Shown here piece by piece: positions 30,041 through 43,933 of a DNA stretch of 64,000 nucleotides. Numbering within the stretch: the stretch's first letter is position 1; every line of letters starts with the position of its first letter. The notes below the pieces were generated by a model, which was not told the DNA's origin, ran no database searches, and saw only the letters and a program-made list of their open reading frames with translations. This DNA is from Octopus vulgaris (taxonomy: Eukaryota), in NCBI GenBank assembly GCA_951406725.2, contig OX597828.1, positions 43,896,001 to 43,960,000 of the forward strand. Reading direction: 5' to 3'. The translations under genes were made by a program, and so were the position numbers.

Positions 30041-30347
30041 AGGCGGCGAGCTAGCAGAATCGTTAGCACGCCGGACGAAATGCCTAGCCTTATTTTTTCC
30101 GCCTTCACGTTTTGAGTCAAGAGTCGATTTCCCTTTTCTATCTTCCGGGTTTTCATAAAATAAGTACCATTTGAGTAGTGGGGGACGATGAAATCGCGTT
30201 TCCCCTCCCCCCCCAAAATTCAGGGGTTGTGGCTATGTGGTAAGTTTCTTGCTTACTAACGACATGGTTCCAGGTTCATTCCCACTGCGTAGCCTCGGGC
30301 CGACCAAAGCCTTGTGAGTGGATTTGGTAGGCGGAAACTGAAAGAAG
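30041..30347 (+). mobile_element. SINE family B copy directly followed by a SINE family A head
   Basis: aggcggcgagctagcagaatcgttagcac...; then gtggctatgtggtaag...ggttcattcccactgcg...ggaaactgaaagaag. Confidence 0.85.
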
Positions 30348-30600
30348 TAATCAAAGAAACAGAAGAAATATTCCTGTAATGTAAAACGGTTATCTTCACT
30401 TTGAATATATGAATTCAAGATTTTTGGTTTGATTCTCTGAAAGTGAATAAGAAGTAGCACCGGACAAAACAATTATTAGTGATGTGTAAACATTATTATC
30501 ATTTCGAGCAGCGTACTGATTTCTTCTAAGAATTATCGGTCTCCAAACAACAGAATTAAATTTCGATCCGCTCAGAGGAATTTATTTTGTTTTCAACAGT

Positions 30601-30963
30601 AATTAACTCCCCCTTAGCGAAAACGGAGGTATTGCTGTTCACTCGTGTTCGTTTGTCCGTGGACAAGATATCTCAAGAACCGCTGCTTGGATTCGGATGA
30701 AACTTTCAAGGATTTTAGACTCGTGACTGGCATGAACTTATTAGCTTTTGGGATCGATCCAGTATCGGTCAGAGATTCTGGATTATTTTTCCTGTTTTTT
30801 ACTTAATTTTTGAGAGCGGTCACGTTCATTTTTAGTATTCTTGTTTGTGAGATCAGTGGAGTTTATTTCAGATATTGCCATTATAAAAATCCTCTCTGGC
30901 TAATCGTTGAAAGGACGTGGTGTTGCCTTAGCGGAGGTTTGCCCTCCCTGAGTGCTCTTGTTT
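30601..30963 (+). mobile_element. Helentron-associated (HINE/DINE-1-like) non-autonomous element
   Basis: 5' ...ggaggtattg...gtttgtccgt...caagatatctcaagaacc...ggattcggatgaaactt; 3' gcggaggtttgccctccctgagtgctcttgttt. Recognised from the typical HINE layout. Confidence 0.7.
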
Positions 30964-32520
30964 AATGATTTTTATGGGGGGGGGGGGGGTGTCCTATTTT
31001 GTATTACACAAAACGTCACTTTATTTCTTTGGTTTTTATTTCCATAATAATTGTTTTCTTTCATAATCTACCCAACTCTTTCGTCATGATTATGAATGTC
31101 TGACGTCAAGATACATAAGCCTTTGTGACTTCAAGTTCATGAAGATGAACAGAGAGCAACATCAAATACTGACATCTCCTTTCAAATTGACATCGTCATG
31201 TTTCTATAAAGACCTCAATCGAAGGTGTCCCTATTGTTATTAACCTTTACTTCAGTGGTGCCTGGACCAACATCCATTTATAAGATATTAGAATTTTCAT
31301 TTCGGCGAAACTTACCAACTCTCATTAACATATCGAGAAACACCAACACCTCCCTAATTTCCTGAAGCTTTTGTCCGTGCGTATGTGTATGTGTATGTGT
31401 GTGTGTGTGCTTGTGTGTGTCAGTGTTTGTGTGTGTTTCTGTGTTTCTGTGTACGGACGTGTGCGTATATACGTGGGTGTACGTGATTGTTTGCGTTGCG
31501 TTATTGTGGGGGTAATATATTGTGAGCTGTAAAACCATTTCCGTTTTTCTTTCCTTGAAATCTTATTGACGCAGAAAATATTGGCTGGGCGCCATTTTAC
31601 TGGCCTTTTTTCAGTGTTGCATTTAGTTGTCACCGACTGTAATTCAATGCTAAATGTCTGTCATAACCCGGTGATTTAATTCTCTGAGTGACTTCACTGG
31701 ATGTCCTAATTACGGCTTACTAATGTAATGACACCTTTACAAATGCCTGCTTCACATAAATAGAGTATAAATACACCCTCTAACCCATATTGTCATTGAT
31801 TTGATACGAGAGTATGTGAAATATCTTTGTAAGTTAATTCTACCCGAATGAAATTAATTTTGATTTAATTCTACCCTTCCTGAAAAGAATTCGTTGTGAT
31901 TGCTCGCTTTCTGTTTTTTAATTTTTTTTATTTGTTATACTCTTTATTTTCGACGTTTTGTCATATCTTTATTAAGAGAAAAGTGTAAGAAGAACAATAT
32001 ACGAAGATAATCAAGAGAAAAGCAAATGAAATCCATTCAATAAGCAATACGAAACTTCATACATTACTATGATTATGTCATTTCGATTGTCTCTTTATGT
32101 CTTCTCGTCTGATACAGACTTCGAATGTATAGTTACATTTTTTTAATATCTGTATGACGTTTAAAAATACAACACCACATACACACACACACATACTACA
32201 CCCATACAGAGCCTGTGACATAGTCACATACAGATCATGTGTAAAGTATTTAGAGATTAATATACAAACATATTAATTTTCTCTCTCCTTCTTTCTTTAT
32301 CCCTCTCCATGTCTATCTATCTCGTTATATATTTATGACTTACGACAGCATGTACGTAATAATATGCAATAATGTGCGTATATATGTGTATGTGTCTGTG
32401 TGTATACACAAATAATAACAATCTTAATTATATATGAACAAAGTTATAGTTTAACATTCAGGTGCGTAGTATTGCTGTTAATACAGTTCTATATTTAAGA
32501 GATGAGGAATTATGTGCATT

Positions 32521-32626
<106 letters not shown>

Positions 32627-32657
32627 CAATAATAATAATGATGATGATGATGATGAT

Positions 32658-32745
32658 GATCCCTGGCTTACCATCCATACAGGAAGTGCAAAATGTTGTC
32701 TTCACTGCTACGTCACACGTATTGAGAAGAGCATTGTCGCTGTGA
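32658..32745 (+). mobile_element. C-terminal fragment of an RLE-type (R4/Dong-like) non-LTR retrotransposon ORF
   Basis: IPGLPSIQEVQNVVFTATSHVLRRALSL* resembles the IQK..L.GTAHILRK.L terminus; directly follows a CAA/AAT/GAT tract. Confidence 0.7.
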
Positions 32746-32914
32746 ATTTTCTTTCCCTTTTTCCCTCTTTAGTTTCTTAGTTTACTGTTTTATTCTTAAT
32801 TTTTAAAAATTAGGAAATATTTTTTTTCTTTTTCTCTCTGTCTTTCTTCCCATTTTTTCACATGACTTTGTGAATGGACAATTTGGCATGTCAATAACAT
32901 CGACGACAATGTTT

Positions 32915-33056
32915 CACTAGTACTGAATCTATTCAGCCGGAAAAGATGAACGGCCACGTCGGCCTAGGCGGAATTTGAACTCAGACCCTGAAGACGGACG
33001 AAAGAGCAATAAGTATCTTCTTCGGCGTGCTAATGATTCTGCCAGGTTGCCGCCTT
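32915..33056 (-). mobile_element. SINE family B, diverged
   Basis: ggcggaatttgaactcaga...cggcgtgctaatgattctgccag...gccgcctt. Confidence 0.75.
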
Positions 33057-33089
33057 AGTAAAAAGAATAATAACCATTTCTATTTAAAG

Positions 33090-33865
<776 letters not shown>

Positions 33866-33869
33866 ACAC

Positions 33870-33974
33870 CAACACCAACATGACCAACATGTACTTCCAG
33901 CTTGTTGTCTCTTGAGGTCTCTGGGTGAGACTTGGAGCCAGCCTGTAACAATGTAAGGCAAAATTCAAACATAA

Positions 33975-34050
<76 letters not shown>
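33870..34050 (+). mobile_element. Probable R4/Dong-like 3' UTR fragment flanked by (AAT)n
   Basis: tgaggtctctgggtgagacttggagcc...caaacataaaat(aat)n; recognised from memory. Confidence 0.45.
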
Positions 34051-34611
34051 GTAATAGCAATGGTAATAAAAGTATAAGGAAAGATTACGAAGTATTGTAA
34101 GAGACGAGAGAAGACGTCTGAGAAGAAAATAAAAAGTGACGTGTTGAAGAAGAAATGAAATTGGAAAGAAAGGAGGAATTCTGACGAAAATAGTTTAAGT
34201 TCGGATATTGTTGTTGTTGATGTTGTTGATGCGTCTCATTCTAATTTTATTTCATCCTATTGTGTTCTATTTGGAGAGGGTGAATTAGAGACGGTGTGTG
34301 TGTGTGTGTGTGGTGAGCTGAAGATAATAGTGGTAAAAGGGAGGGGAGGAGGAGGAGAAGGTGGGAAAGGGAGGTGGACGAGGAGGATGAGGAAAAGAAG
34401 AAGAAGACGAACAGGAAGAAGAGGAGGGAGAAGAAGAAGAAGAAGAAGGTGTATAGGATTTTGATGATAATGATGATGATGAAAAGGAAGAAACTAAGAA
34501 TGGGGGAGTAGAAGAAAAAAATGATAAAGAAGAATGTGGAATGACAATATAAAAAGCAAAAGGTGAGGAGGAGGAGGAGGAGGAGGATGGTTGTGGTTGT
34601 GGGGGTGGTGG

Positions 34612-34672
34612 TGGTGTTGATTGATGATGAAGATATTGATGATGATGTGGATGATGATAATGATGATGATGT

Positions 34673-34713
<41 letters not shown>

Positions 34714-35125
34714 TTGATGATGATGATGATGATGTTGATGATGATGATGAAGACGATGATGATGGTGGTGATGACGATAATGGTGATAGTGAAGATAGAG
34801 ATGACGAAGAAGGAGAAAAAGAAGAAGAAAATGATGATGATTATGATGATGATGATCATGATGACGATGACAGCGATGTTGATATCGATGATGATGATGA
34901 TGATGATGATGATGTTGATGTTGCTGATGGTAATGATGATGACGATGATTGTGATGATCAGTGATGATCATGATGATGGTGATGTGGATCACAGTGCTGA
35001 AGATAATGATGACGATGATGAGGAGGAGGTGGGGGAGGATGTTGATGAAGATGATCATGATCTTGATCAATTTGGTTAGAATTAAGAAAAGCAAAATAAA
35101 AAGTAACCAACAAGAATGTACCACA
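34612..35125 (+). repeat. Degenerate (GAT)n tract with unique tail, duplicated at 37297-37784
   Basis: Shared interruptions gaagatagagatgacgaagaa, gatcatgatcttgatcaatttggt, aagtaaccaacaagaatgtaccaca. Confidence 0.92.
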
Positions 35126-35921
35126 AAAAAAAACAGAATCACACAATAAAGACATTTTATTTTATTTTCCCATTTTTGTTTGTTCGTTTCTCTTTCTTTT
35201 TTTATATAATTTATTTCATTTAATTATTTACTTTCCTTCATTATTTTTTTTTTTGTTTTATTTATTCGTTGCCTACCTGATCTTTTATTTAACTTCCCCC
35301 CCCTCTCTCTCTCTCTCTCTCTCTCACTCTCTTTCTCTACATTATGCTGCAGCTGACAACAACAGAGCTACGTTTACCATTCTTATTCTTCAGAAATAAT
35401 CTGCAACGATTATTATATGTTGGCAGACTTGCCCTTTATAGCTGCCTTTGTGCATCTTTAAAAAAAAAATAAAATTGCAATCACGTGATCTGGAAAACGC
35501 GACTTGATTTTTGACATGGCTAAATACTTATCTCACAAGATATTTCTTTGTCAGATATTTTTGTTTTAGCTTCCTTTCTTCCTCTCTTGTATTTTTGTTG
35601 AATGTGTGGTGGGGGGGTTATATATAATGATCTTCATTTTCTTCTTCTTTATTCTTTTGATTTGTGGTGGTGGTGGGGGGAGATTTATAGATTTCTCTTT
35701 GGGAATTGTCTGCTTTGTTCTGGTTTCGTTTTGGTGGTGTTGCAAGGTCGTTAAAATTATCCTCATTTGTAGATAAAATAACGATAATATTAGTGATCGA
35801 TATATATTATATAGAAATACTCATCGAAGTATTTTTAATATATTCCTCTCACTTGTTTCCTCTATCTAACCCCCTCACTCTTTAAATATACATATGTATA
35901 TATGTACATATCTATATATGC

Positions 35922-35955
<34 letters not shown>

Positions 35956-35971
35956 AAATATATATATACAG

Positions 35972-36011
<40 letters not shown>

Positions 36012-36044
36012 CTGTATATATATACTATATATATATATATATTG

Positions 36045-36195
36045 TATATACATAAGTGTGTATATATATATATGCATGTATACACACTCACACACACAGA
36101 GACACACACACATACATCTGTGTGTGCGCGAAAAAATTTACAGACACACGGACCTATGTGTATATATATATATCTATATATATACTCTTTGTATA

Positions 36196-36235
<40 letters not shown>

Positions 36236-36725
36236 CAAACATAGACACATGCACACACACAAACACACACACACAGATACACACTCATATATATGAATAT
36301 ATATTTTGATATTTTCTTGCGTGTGTGTGCGTATGTGTGTATGTGTGAGTGTGTGTTTGATTACAATAAAAGCACCGGAGCATTAATTTTTTAGATGCTT
36401 CATAATTTAATTACTTTCAACGGCTGTTTCATTAGGAATAAACGTCATTAATTCAATAATTACATAATTAAGATATATCATTAATATTAACAAATGAATT
36501 AATATAAAGCAATGTTTATCTCTCATAATCAGAAACAGTACCGACTACGCTAACAATAGACACATTTGGGGTTTACAAAAGACCAAGCCGGAAGAATTAG
36601 ACACCCACACACATAGGTCCGTGTGTCTGTATATTTTTACGCGCACACACAGATGTATGTGTGTGTGTCTCTGTGTGTGTGAGTGTGTATACATGCATAT
36701 ATATATATACACACTTATGTATATA
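36045..36725. repeat. ~115-bp inverted duplication (36045-36161 / 36609-36725)
   Basis: tacagacacacggacctatgtgt vs acacataggtccgtgtgtctgta, extending through cataagtgtg/cacacttatg. Confidence 0.9.
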
Positions 36726-36858
36726 CATATATATACATATATATGCATGTATTTATAAACATATACATTTATATATATATATATAAATATATACATATAT
36801 ATACGTGTGTATATATGTATGTATGTATCTCTCTCTCTCTCTATATATATATATATAA

Positions 36859-36906
<48 letters not shown>

Positions 36907-36986
36907 ATATAAGGTTAGCAAAAAAATTCAATAGAAATTTTTTCGCCACCAGCGCTCCAGTGAGAAAGAGAAAATAGTCGTAGACT

Positions 36987-37041
<55 letters not shown>

Positions 37042-37074
37042 ATATACAGATGCATACATACACACATATATATA

Positions 37075-37297
37075 ATGATTCGTAGTTTAGTGGATATGTA
37101 TTCGGCTCATAATTTTAAAGTCACAAATTCGATTCCTGGTGGGCGCGTTTGTGTCTTTTGAGCAAAGACAGTTTATTTTACATTGCTCCAGTCCACTCAT
37201 CTAACAAAAGTGAATGCTAGTCGTATTTCAAATGGCCCGACTTGTCTCATTCTGTGTCATGCTCGATCTCCCTGACGACTACATTAAGCGTACGCGT
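37075..37297 (+). mobile_element. SINE family C, diverged and truncated
   Basis: ttcgattcctgg...ttgagcaaag...gtatttcaaatggcccgacttgtc. Confidence 0.65.
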
Positions 37298-37377
37298 GTT
37301 TGTTGATGATGAAGATAATGATGATGATGTTGATGATGATGATGATGATGATGATGTTGATGATGATGATGATGATG

Positions 37378-37427
<50 letters not shown>

Positions 37428-37784
37428 GACGATGATGATGATGGTGGTGATGACGACGATAATGATGATAGTGAAGATAGAGATGACGAAGAAGAAGGAG
37501 AAAAAGAAGAAGAAAAATTATGATGATCATGATGATTATCATGATGACGATGACAACGATGTTGATATCGATGATGATGATGTTGATGTTGCTGATGGTA
37601 ATGATGATGACGATGATTGTGATGATCACAGTGATGATGATGATAGTGATGAGGATCACAGTGCTGAAGATAATGATGACGATGATGATGAGGAGGAGGA
37701 TGTTGATGAAGATGATCATGATCTTGATCAATTTGGTGAGAATTAAGAACAACAAAAAAAAGTAACCAACAAGAATGTACCACA
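37297..37784 (+). repeat. Second copy of the degenerate (GAT)n block
   Basis: See 34612-35125. Confidence 0.92.
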
Positions 37785-38155
37785 GAAATAAGAATCTCAG
37801 CCATTTGAACATCAATTTCAACTAGGACACTCATCATATATATAGTACCCTGCGTTGAGTAAATATTACATTCAAATTTCTTCTAGCTAGAAAACATATT
37901 TAGCCTAGATTTTACCTTTTCCACCCCCTCAATTTGGATTTTTATACTCAGTCACAGCAACCCTAGTTGCTAACCGTGAACAATAAGAAAAAAAGTATTT
38001 TTCCAGCTTATTGAAATTATTTATGGGAAAAACCTAGAATCTTCTAAGCCAATAATCTATTATCATTCCTGGAAGTTATTTTAATACCTACCACTGACTA
38101 CTCGAAGCTTGGTAACTTCCTACAACTAGATCCTTGGAACTTACAATTACATATC

Positions 38156-38196
<41 letters not shown>

Positions 38197-38511
38197 AGGT
38201 GGAGACCCCCTTCGGAATTGCACCTAGAAAGTTACCCTTTATAACATTTACCATTTATAAAATCTTTTCTGTGCAATTCACTTTTGCCGAATAGACCACC
38301 AGTTGCGTTTTCTCTTATTAATCTAGTTATTACCACATCTGCTCTGACCAGAATGTCTGCAGACACAGAGATGATCAATTATCGTTTACGAAAAATAAAC
38401 CGCTGGCAGTAACCATTGAATATCAATGTTGTCCTCAGTGGGGGTTATATTTTGTTTTCATTTATTTGAAGAAGCGTCATTAAGGAAAAAATACTCTATT
38501 GGTCTACAGCT

Positions 38512-38837
38512 GGTATTCTGTCAGTTACGACGACAGAGGCTCAAGTTGATCTGATCAACGGAACAACCTGCTCGTTAAATTAGCACGCAAGCGGCTCAGC
38601 CCTTAATAGACACGCATACCTTTAATGTAGTTCACAGGGAGATACAACGTGACACAGAATATGACAAGGCTGACCCTTTTGAAATAGATATACAAGACAT
38701 TTTTGCCACTTGAGTGGGGTGCAGCAATTTGAAAGATAAAGTGCCTTGCTGAAGGACACAACGCACCGACAGAAATCGAACTGCCAGCCTGATAATCGTA
38801 AGTCGTATACCCTAAGCACTAAGCCACGCACCTTCAC
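38512..38837 (-). mobile_element. SINE family C-related, diverged
   Basis: gtcagttacgacgac...gatcaacggaacaacctgctcg...cgtgacacaga...gacaaggctgacccttttgaaata match the reverse complement of the 29656 copy. Confidence 0.8.
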
Positions 38838-39576
38838 CTCTCCATATCAATGAACTATTGTAACAGTAAAATATGGAGAGATACATTTTACACGTGTTTA
38901 TAATTAAACATTATTACGATTATATTACAAAAGTTAAGACATTTTGTATATTTTAGAAATATTACTAAATTTATTGTATATGAATTTTTAACAACAAAAT
39001 TTTACATGGACCCCCAACGGTCATATGAACCTCAGTTGAGAACTATTGGGTTGGCGGTTACTTTGTTATCTATTTTCTGCAATGCCTGGTAACGAATCAT
39101 GAGTACTGCATTCTCTTCTAATTAAAGAATTAACTAAAAACAGGCCCCCAAAACACAACAGAATTTACTCCTATCAAATCAGTTTAATCTAGAAATTTAC
39201 TTTGTTATTATTCTTGCTTTATTATCAAACTACAAACTCAACCTTTAACATTGCATTGCTCTATCGTCTCTCTCGAAAACGTAACCTTTTCGTGCGCTTG
39301 CATTTCTATTGTTTTGCTTCGTTTAAACAATGGTTTAAGGTGGGGGAAGTGAAAGATGAGGATGGGTGGGAGAAAAAGGGGAGGGGGACAATAGAGATAT
39401 TTTGTTCTTCTGGTGTCAAGTGAAAGAGAACCAGCAGACTCGAAAGTTCTCACTATATCCTGTTTCAATTTATTACGTTCTACAACACTCGGAATCCACC
39501 ATTTAGCAAGACCTCCAGTCAATCTTTCTATGTATCAACAAGTACTGTAAGGTATTGAATAGCCTCCTGGCACTAT

Positions 39577-39738
<162 letters not shown>

Positions 39739-40010
39739 TGTATGTATGTGTGTGTGCTTGTATGTATGTATGTACGTATATCTATGTATATATATATATA
39801 TATATACGTACGTATATGTATATATATATATATCTGTTTACATACATACATACGTACATACATACATACACACGTACGTACGTATATACATACATATATG
39901 CATACATACATACATACATACATACATACATACATACATACATAAAAGCAATGCGTGTATGTCAATAGTAATACTCACAGACGTCTCTCTCACTACCTCT
40001 TTTATCTTTC

Positions 40011-40049
<39 letters not shown>

Positions 40050-40077
40050 TTCTATATATGAATGTATATATATATAA

Positions 40078-40138
<61 letters not shown>

Positions 40139-40177
40139 GCACACACGAACACACACATACACACATATGTGCGCACG

Positions 40178-40214
<37 letters not shown>

Positions 40215-40501
40215 TTATATGTATTATATGGAGGTTATGAGGGGTAATGGTATCATTGAGAGCCACAGATGTCAGGTAATGCTGAATAAATGCTATAGAC
40301 AGATCATGGCTAAGAATCTCCGAACTTGGAACTTAACTATGGTTTATATGTACTATATGAATTTTAGAAATGTCGAGAATGTTAGATAATTCTATTTTAG
40401 AACTGTGAATCTCTTTATCTAGAAGCAGATAAAACTATTGATAGTTTACCTACAAGTTTTTTAACCCAATATCGACACGGTTATATAACTAGAATCATAC
40501 A

Positions 40502-40535
<34 letters not shown>

Positions 40536-40564
40536 CATACATACAAACATACGCGCACACACAC

Positions 40565-40620
<56 letters not shown>

Positions 40621-40716
40621 GTATATACATATGTATATATAGGTATAAACATACTACATATAAATCACGCACATATATATGTTTATATACTCATATAAAT
40701 CATATATGTATGTGTG

Positions 40717-40762
<46 letters not shown>

Positions 40763-40778
40763 TATACATATATATATA

Positions 40779-40828
<50 letters not shown>

Positions 40829-40837
40829 TACATATAA

Positions 40838-40868
<31 letters not shown>

Positions 40869-41543
40869 AGGATGATAATGTTGCAAAAGGAAAACAAACT
40901 CGGACTTGATATATAAGATATACACAAATATATACATACAAATGAAGGGGAACAAAGAATCAAAATATTCAGACAATGACTGTTCTTGTGTAACTGTAGA
41001 GGTAGAGTACAAAGAGCAAGAAAACTGATAGGAGAGGGTATGTTATAACAGGTCCGACATCTGTTGTAACGCGTCAGAATTACCAAATAATTTTGACGGA
41101 TGGAGTGCGTACGAATTTAAACGTACGCAACGCGGAGTGGATGTGTGTAAATATTAGGTAAATCCGGCCTTTGTTACAGGGTGAATAAATTAGAATCTAA
41201 AGGATACCAGAGAGAGCCAGGGAGAAAGAGTGGGATAGAGAGACAGACTGACAAACGGATACTGAGAAAGAGGACGAGAGAGACAGAGAAAGACAGGCAG
41301 AGAGACAGAGAGAGACAGGCAGAGAGACAGAGTGAAATAGAAATAAAGAAGTAAACCAAGGAAATAGAAAATGTACTGATCAACACGGCCTTCTTTTAAC
41401 TTCGATCAGTAAAACTAGGCTGTATATATGTCTCAACTTACGTCATTTCAAGTTACGTTTTTTTTAAACTTATGTTTCTTATGAAAGTAACTGACCACAT
41501 GTCAATAATGACGGCTAACTGTGGTATTATCTATCTATCAATC

Positions 41544-41619
<76 letters not shown>

Positions 41620-41620
41620 A

Positions 41621-41675
<55 letters not shown>

Positions 41676-41929
41676 ATATATATAAGGTACATACTAATCA
41701 AACATTACAATCATTCACATACTTCCCTTGTACACAAACACACATATGCTCACTCAGAGCTGAAACGCTGACTTTTTCACCTCTTCTTTTCTTATTCATC
41801 TATCGCGCTTTCCTTTCTCTCATTGCTATCACTTTCTCCCACGCCCTCTCAGTCAGGGTTATTACTCTCACTACTACCCCTTCACTGAATTACTATTTTT
41901 TCTCCTCCGGGGCCGGCATGATTCTGGAC

Positions 41930-41990
<61 letters not shown>

Positions 41991-41993
<3 letters not shown>

Positions 41994-42540
41994 GCTGCCC
42001 CCTCGTTATCCAGTATGGCCATTGCACGAAGCTTAATCAATGTTGTTATCGTGCAATGCCTGTGCAAGAAGATATTTTTTAAAGTACGGAAAGGCTGTGC
42101 ACTGAGTCAATCCCACTCACTAAGCAACACCAGTTATAATCCGAAAAGAAGAACAAGTCAACATCATTGGTAAATACTGAGCTGTAGGTTTTATATCGGA
42201 GTTATCCCTGTTACCTGAGTTACCTTCTCCAAGAAGGATGCCCTAACAAAGGCTAGGAGTCCTTCACTCCTAATGGTTTAACCGCGCGATCGGGTAGTCT
42301 GTCCGATTATTTCTATGTCCCCGCGCATGATACAGCCTTAAGACATTTATTGGATGGCCGTTGACTCTCAAGAGTTTCTCCGCCCATTGACGGGTTTTGT
42401 TTTTCATCCCGCAGGGTATCCAATAAACACCCTCGTCACCAAGCAAGCTTGGTGGGGTTGCCGGTTTCGTCGCCGACTTGAACATGCAACAGGTTGTACT
42501 GGGCTACATGTTACCAGTAGCACTCAAAAGTGACCTGACA

Positions 42541-42543
<3 letters not shown>
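41991..42543 (-). mobile_element. ~550-bp GC-richer insert in (TA)n; possibly a non-autonomous RTE derivative
   Basis: Sharp (TA)n boundaries on both sides. The - strand has gttagggcatccttcttggagaaggtaactc...gatataaaacc, reminiscent of RTE 5' UTRs (from memory). Confidence 0.4.
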
Positions 42544-42587
<44 letters not shown>

Positions 42588-42590
<3 letters not shown>

Positions 42591-42659
42591 CAGATAACCG
42601 AAGAGATGGAGTTGCGGATTTCCACCTCGGCATCCGAAACTCAGTGTTTTATCTTGGCT
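42588..42659 (+). ncRNA. Type-I hammerhead-like fold, core variant CCGAAGA
   Basis: Stem I AGAUAA/UUAUCU extended by GGCC/GGCU after a 1-nt bulge; CCGAAGA; GAUG...CAUC(C); GAAAC-UCAGU-GUU. Confidence 0.55.
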
Positions 42660-42687
42660 ATTGAATAATTGCCACATATTATTATAC

Positions 42688-42742
<55 letters not shown>

Positions 42743-42749
<7 letters not shown>

Positions 42750-43269
42750 AATTAATAAATAAAACATATGCATATATACATACATATATGTACGTACCTA
42801 CCTCTACATGTATATATGGGTACACGCATATATGGGTACAGGACACCCAAAAAGCGTCGAACGAAATGAGAAACGAAAACATAAACACAAAACCAAAGAA
42901 CTGGACATTTTTCTTAAACAACGAATAAATAGAGTACAGGACAAATAACACAAGGAAAATTCCGCTTCTTCAGTCGCCATGGTTTCATCTACTCTGCGTT
43001 TCGAAGGTGAAGGCGATACGCATGAAACCATGGCGGCTGATGAAGGGGAATCTTCCTTGTGTTATTTGTCCTGTACTCTATATTTTTGTTGTTTAAGAAA
43101 AATGTCCAGTTCCTTGGTTTTGTGTTTATGTTTTCGTTCCTCATTGTGTTCGACGTTTTTTTTTTTTTGTGTCCTGTACCCATATATGCGTGTATATATA
43201 CATGTAGAGGTAGGTACGTACATATATGTATGTATATATGCATATGCTTTATTTATTAATTTATTATAT
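42743..43269. repeat. Long imperfect hairpin: ~245-bp arms, ~33-nt loop, (TA)n-flanked
   Basis: 42743-42988 approximates the reverse complement of 43022-43269 (tacgtacctacctctacatg / catgtagaggtaggtacgta; ctggacatttttcttaaac / gtttaagaaaaatgtccag). Confidence 0.95.
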
Positions 43270-43853
43270 GACGGAACGCACGCATCAATTTCTTAGTAAG
43301 ATTGTTCTTAATATATATATATATATATACATACATATATAGAAACACTACGGTCATTATTACATTAGGAGCTTAAGGGAAAAGAATAAATAAACTTAAA
43401 TTTCTTTTGATTTATCCGACTGCACGTTGGTTTCAGCTACGATATCTAAAAATATGAAAATCAAAATGTGAAACATCCAAAAGCCAATACTAAAGTGGAA
43501 TAAGTTAGATACATGCGAAGCCATTTATTAAAACAGATATATGCTACTAAATATTTTAAATGATTTTCCTTGTTACATCTTTTAACGAATTAATTTGTGT
43601 GTCTTTGAACCAATTCCCAAAGTCTTCCCAGGTGTACGTAGATATATGAGTGTATATATGAGCGTGTATCTATGTATCCGTCTCAGTATGTGTGCGTGTA
43701 TGTGAGTGTATTGTTCTGCCGGGGAAATATTTCCGTTCTAAGTATAAAAAGAGTAAAAATATAAAGAAGAAATATAAAAAAAATCTTAAAAAAAAACACA
43801 ACGCAGTAATCATTTGAACAAAATGTCTTTTTCTGTGTTCCCTCTCATCACAG

Positions 43854-43933
43854 AGACACTTGTACACTCAACTCACTCCAGAATATCACTTAAAATCCTT
43901 AATACAAAGAAAGATCAAACCTTTACATCTTCG
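43854..43933 (+). CDS. Possible 80-nt internal exon of an unidentified gene
   Basis: Acceptor tttttctgtgttccctctcatcacag, donor CG|gtaagt. Two frames are open (RHLYTQLTPEYHLKSLIQRKIKPLHL or TLVHSTHSRISLKILNTKKDQTFTSS). Confidence 0.3.

Noticed and set aside
34563-37746. Asp/Glu-rich acidic protein ORFs (biomineralisation-like)
   Set aside because: Degenerate (GAT)n; the frame is not preserved between the two copies and there is no signal peptide or splice support.
34338-39390. G-rich tracts (34338-34380, 39340-39390) as G-quadruplexes
   Set aside because: Ordinary purine-rich low complexity with irregular loops and no functional context.
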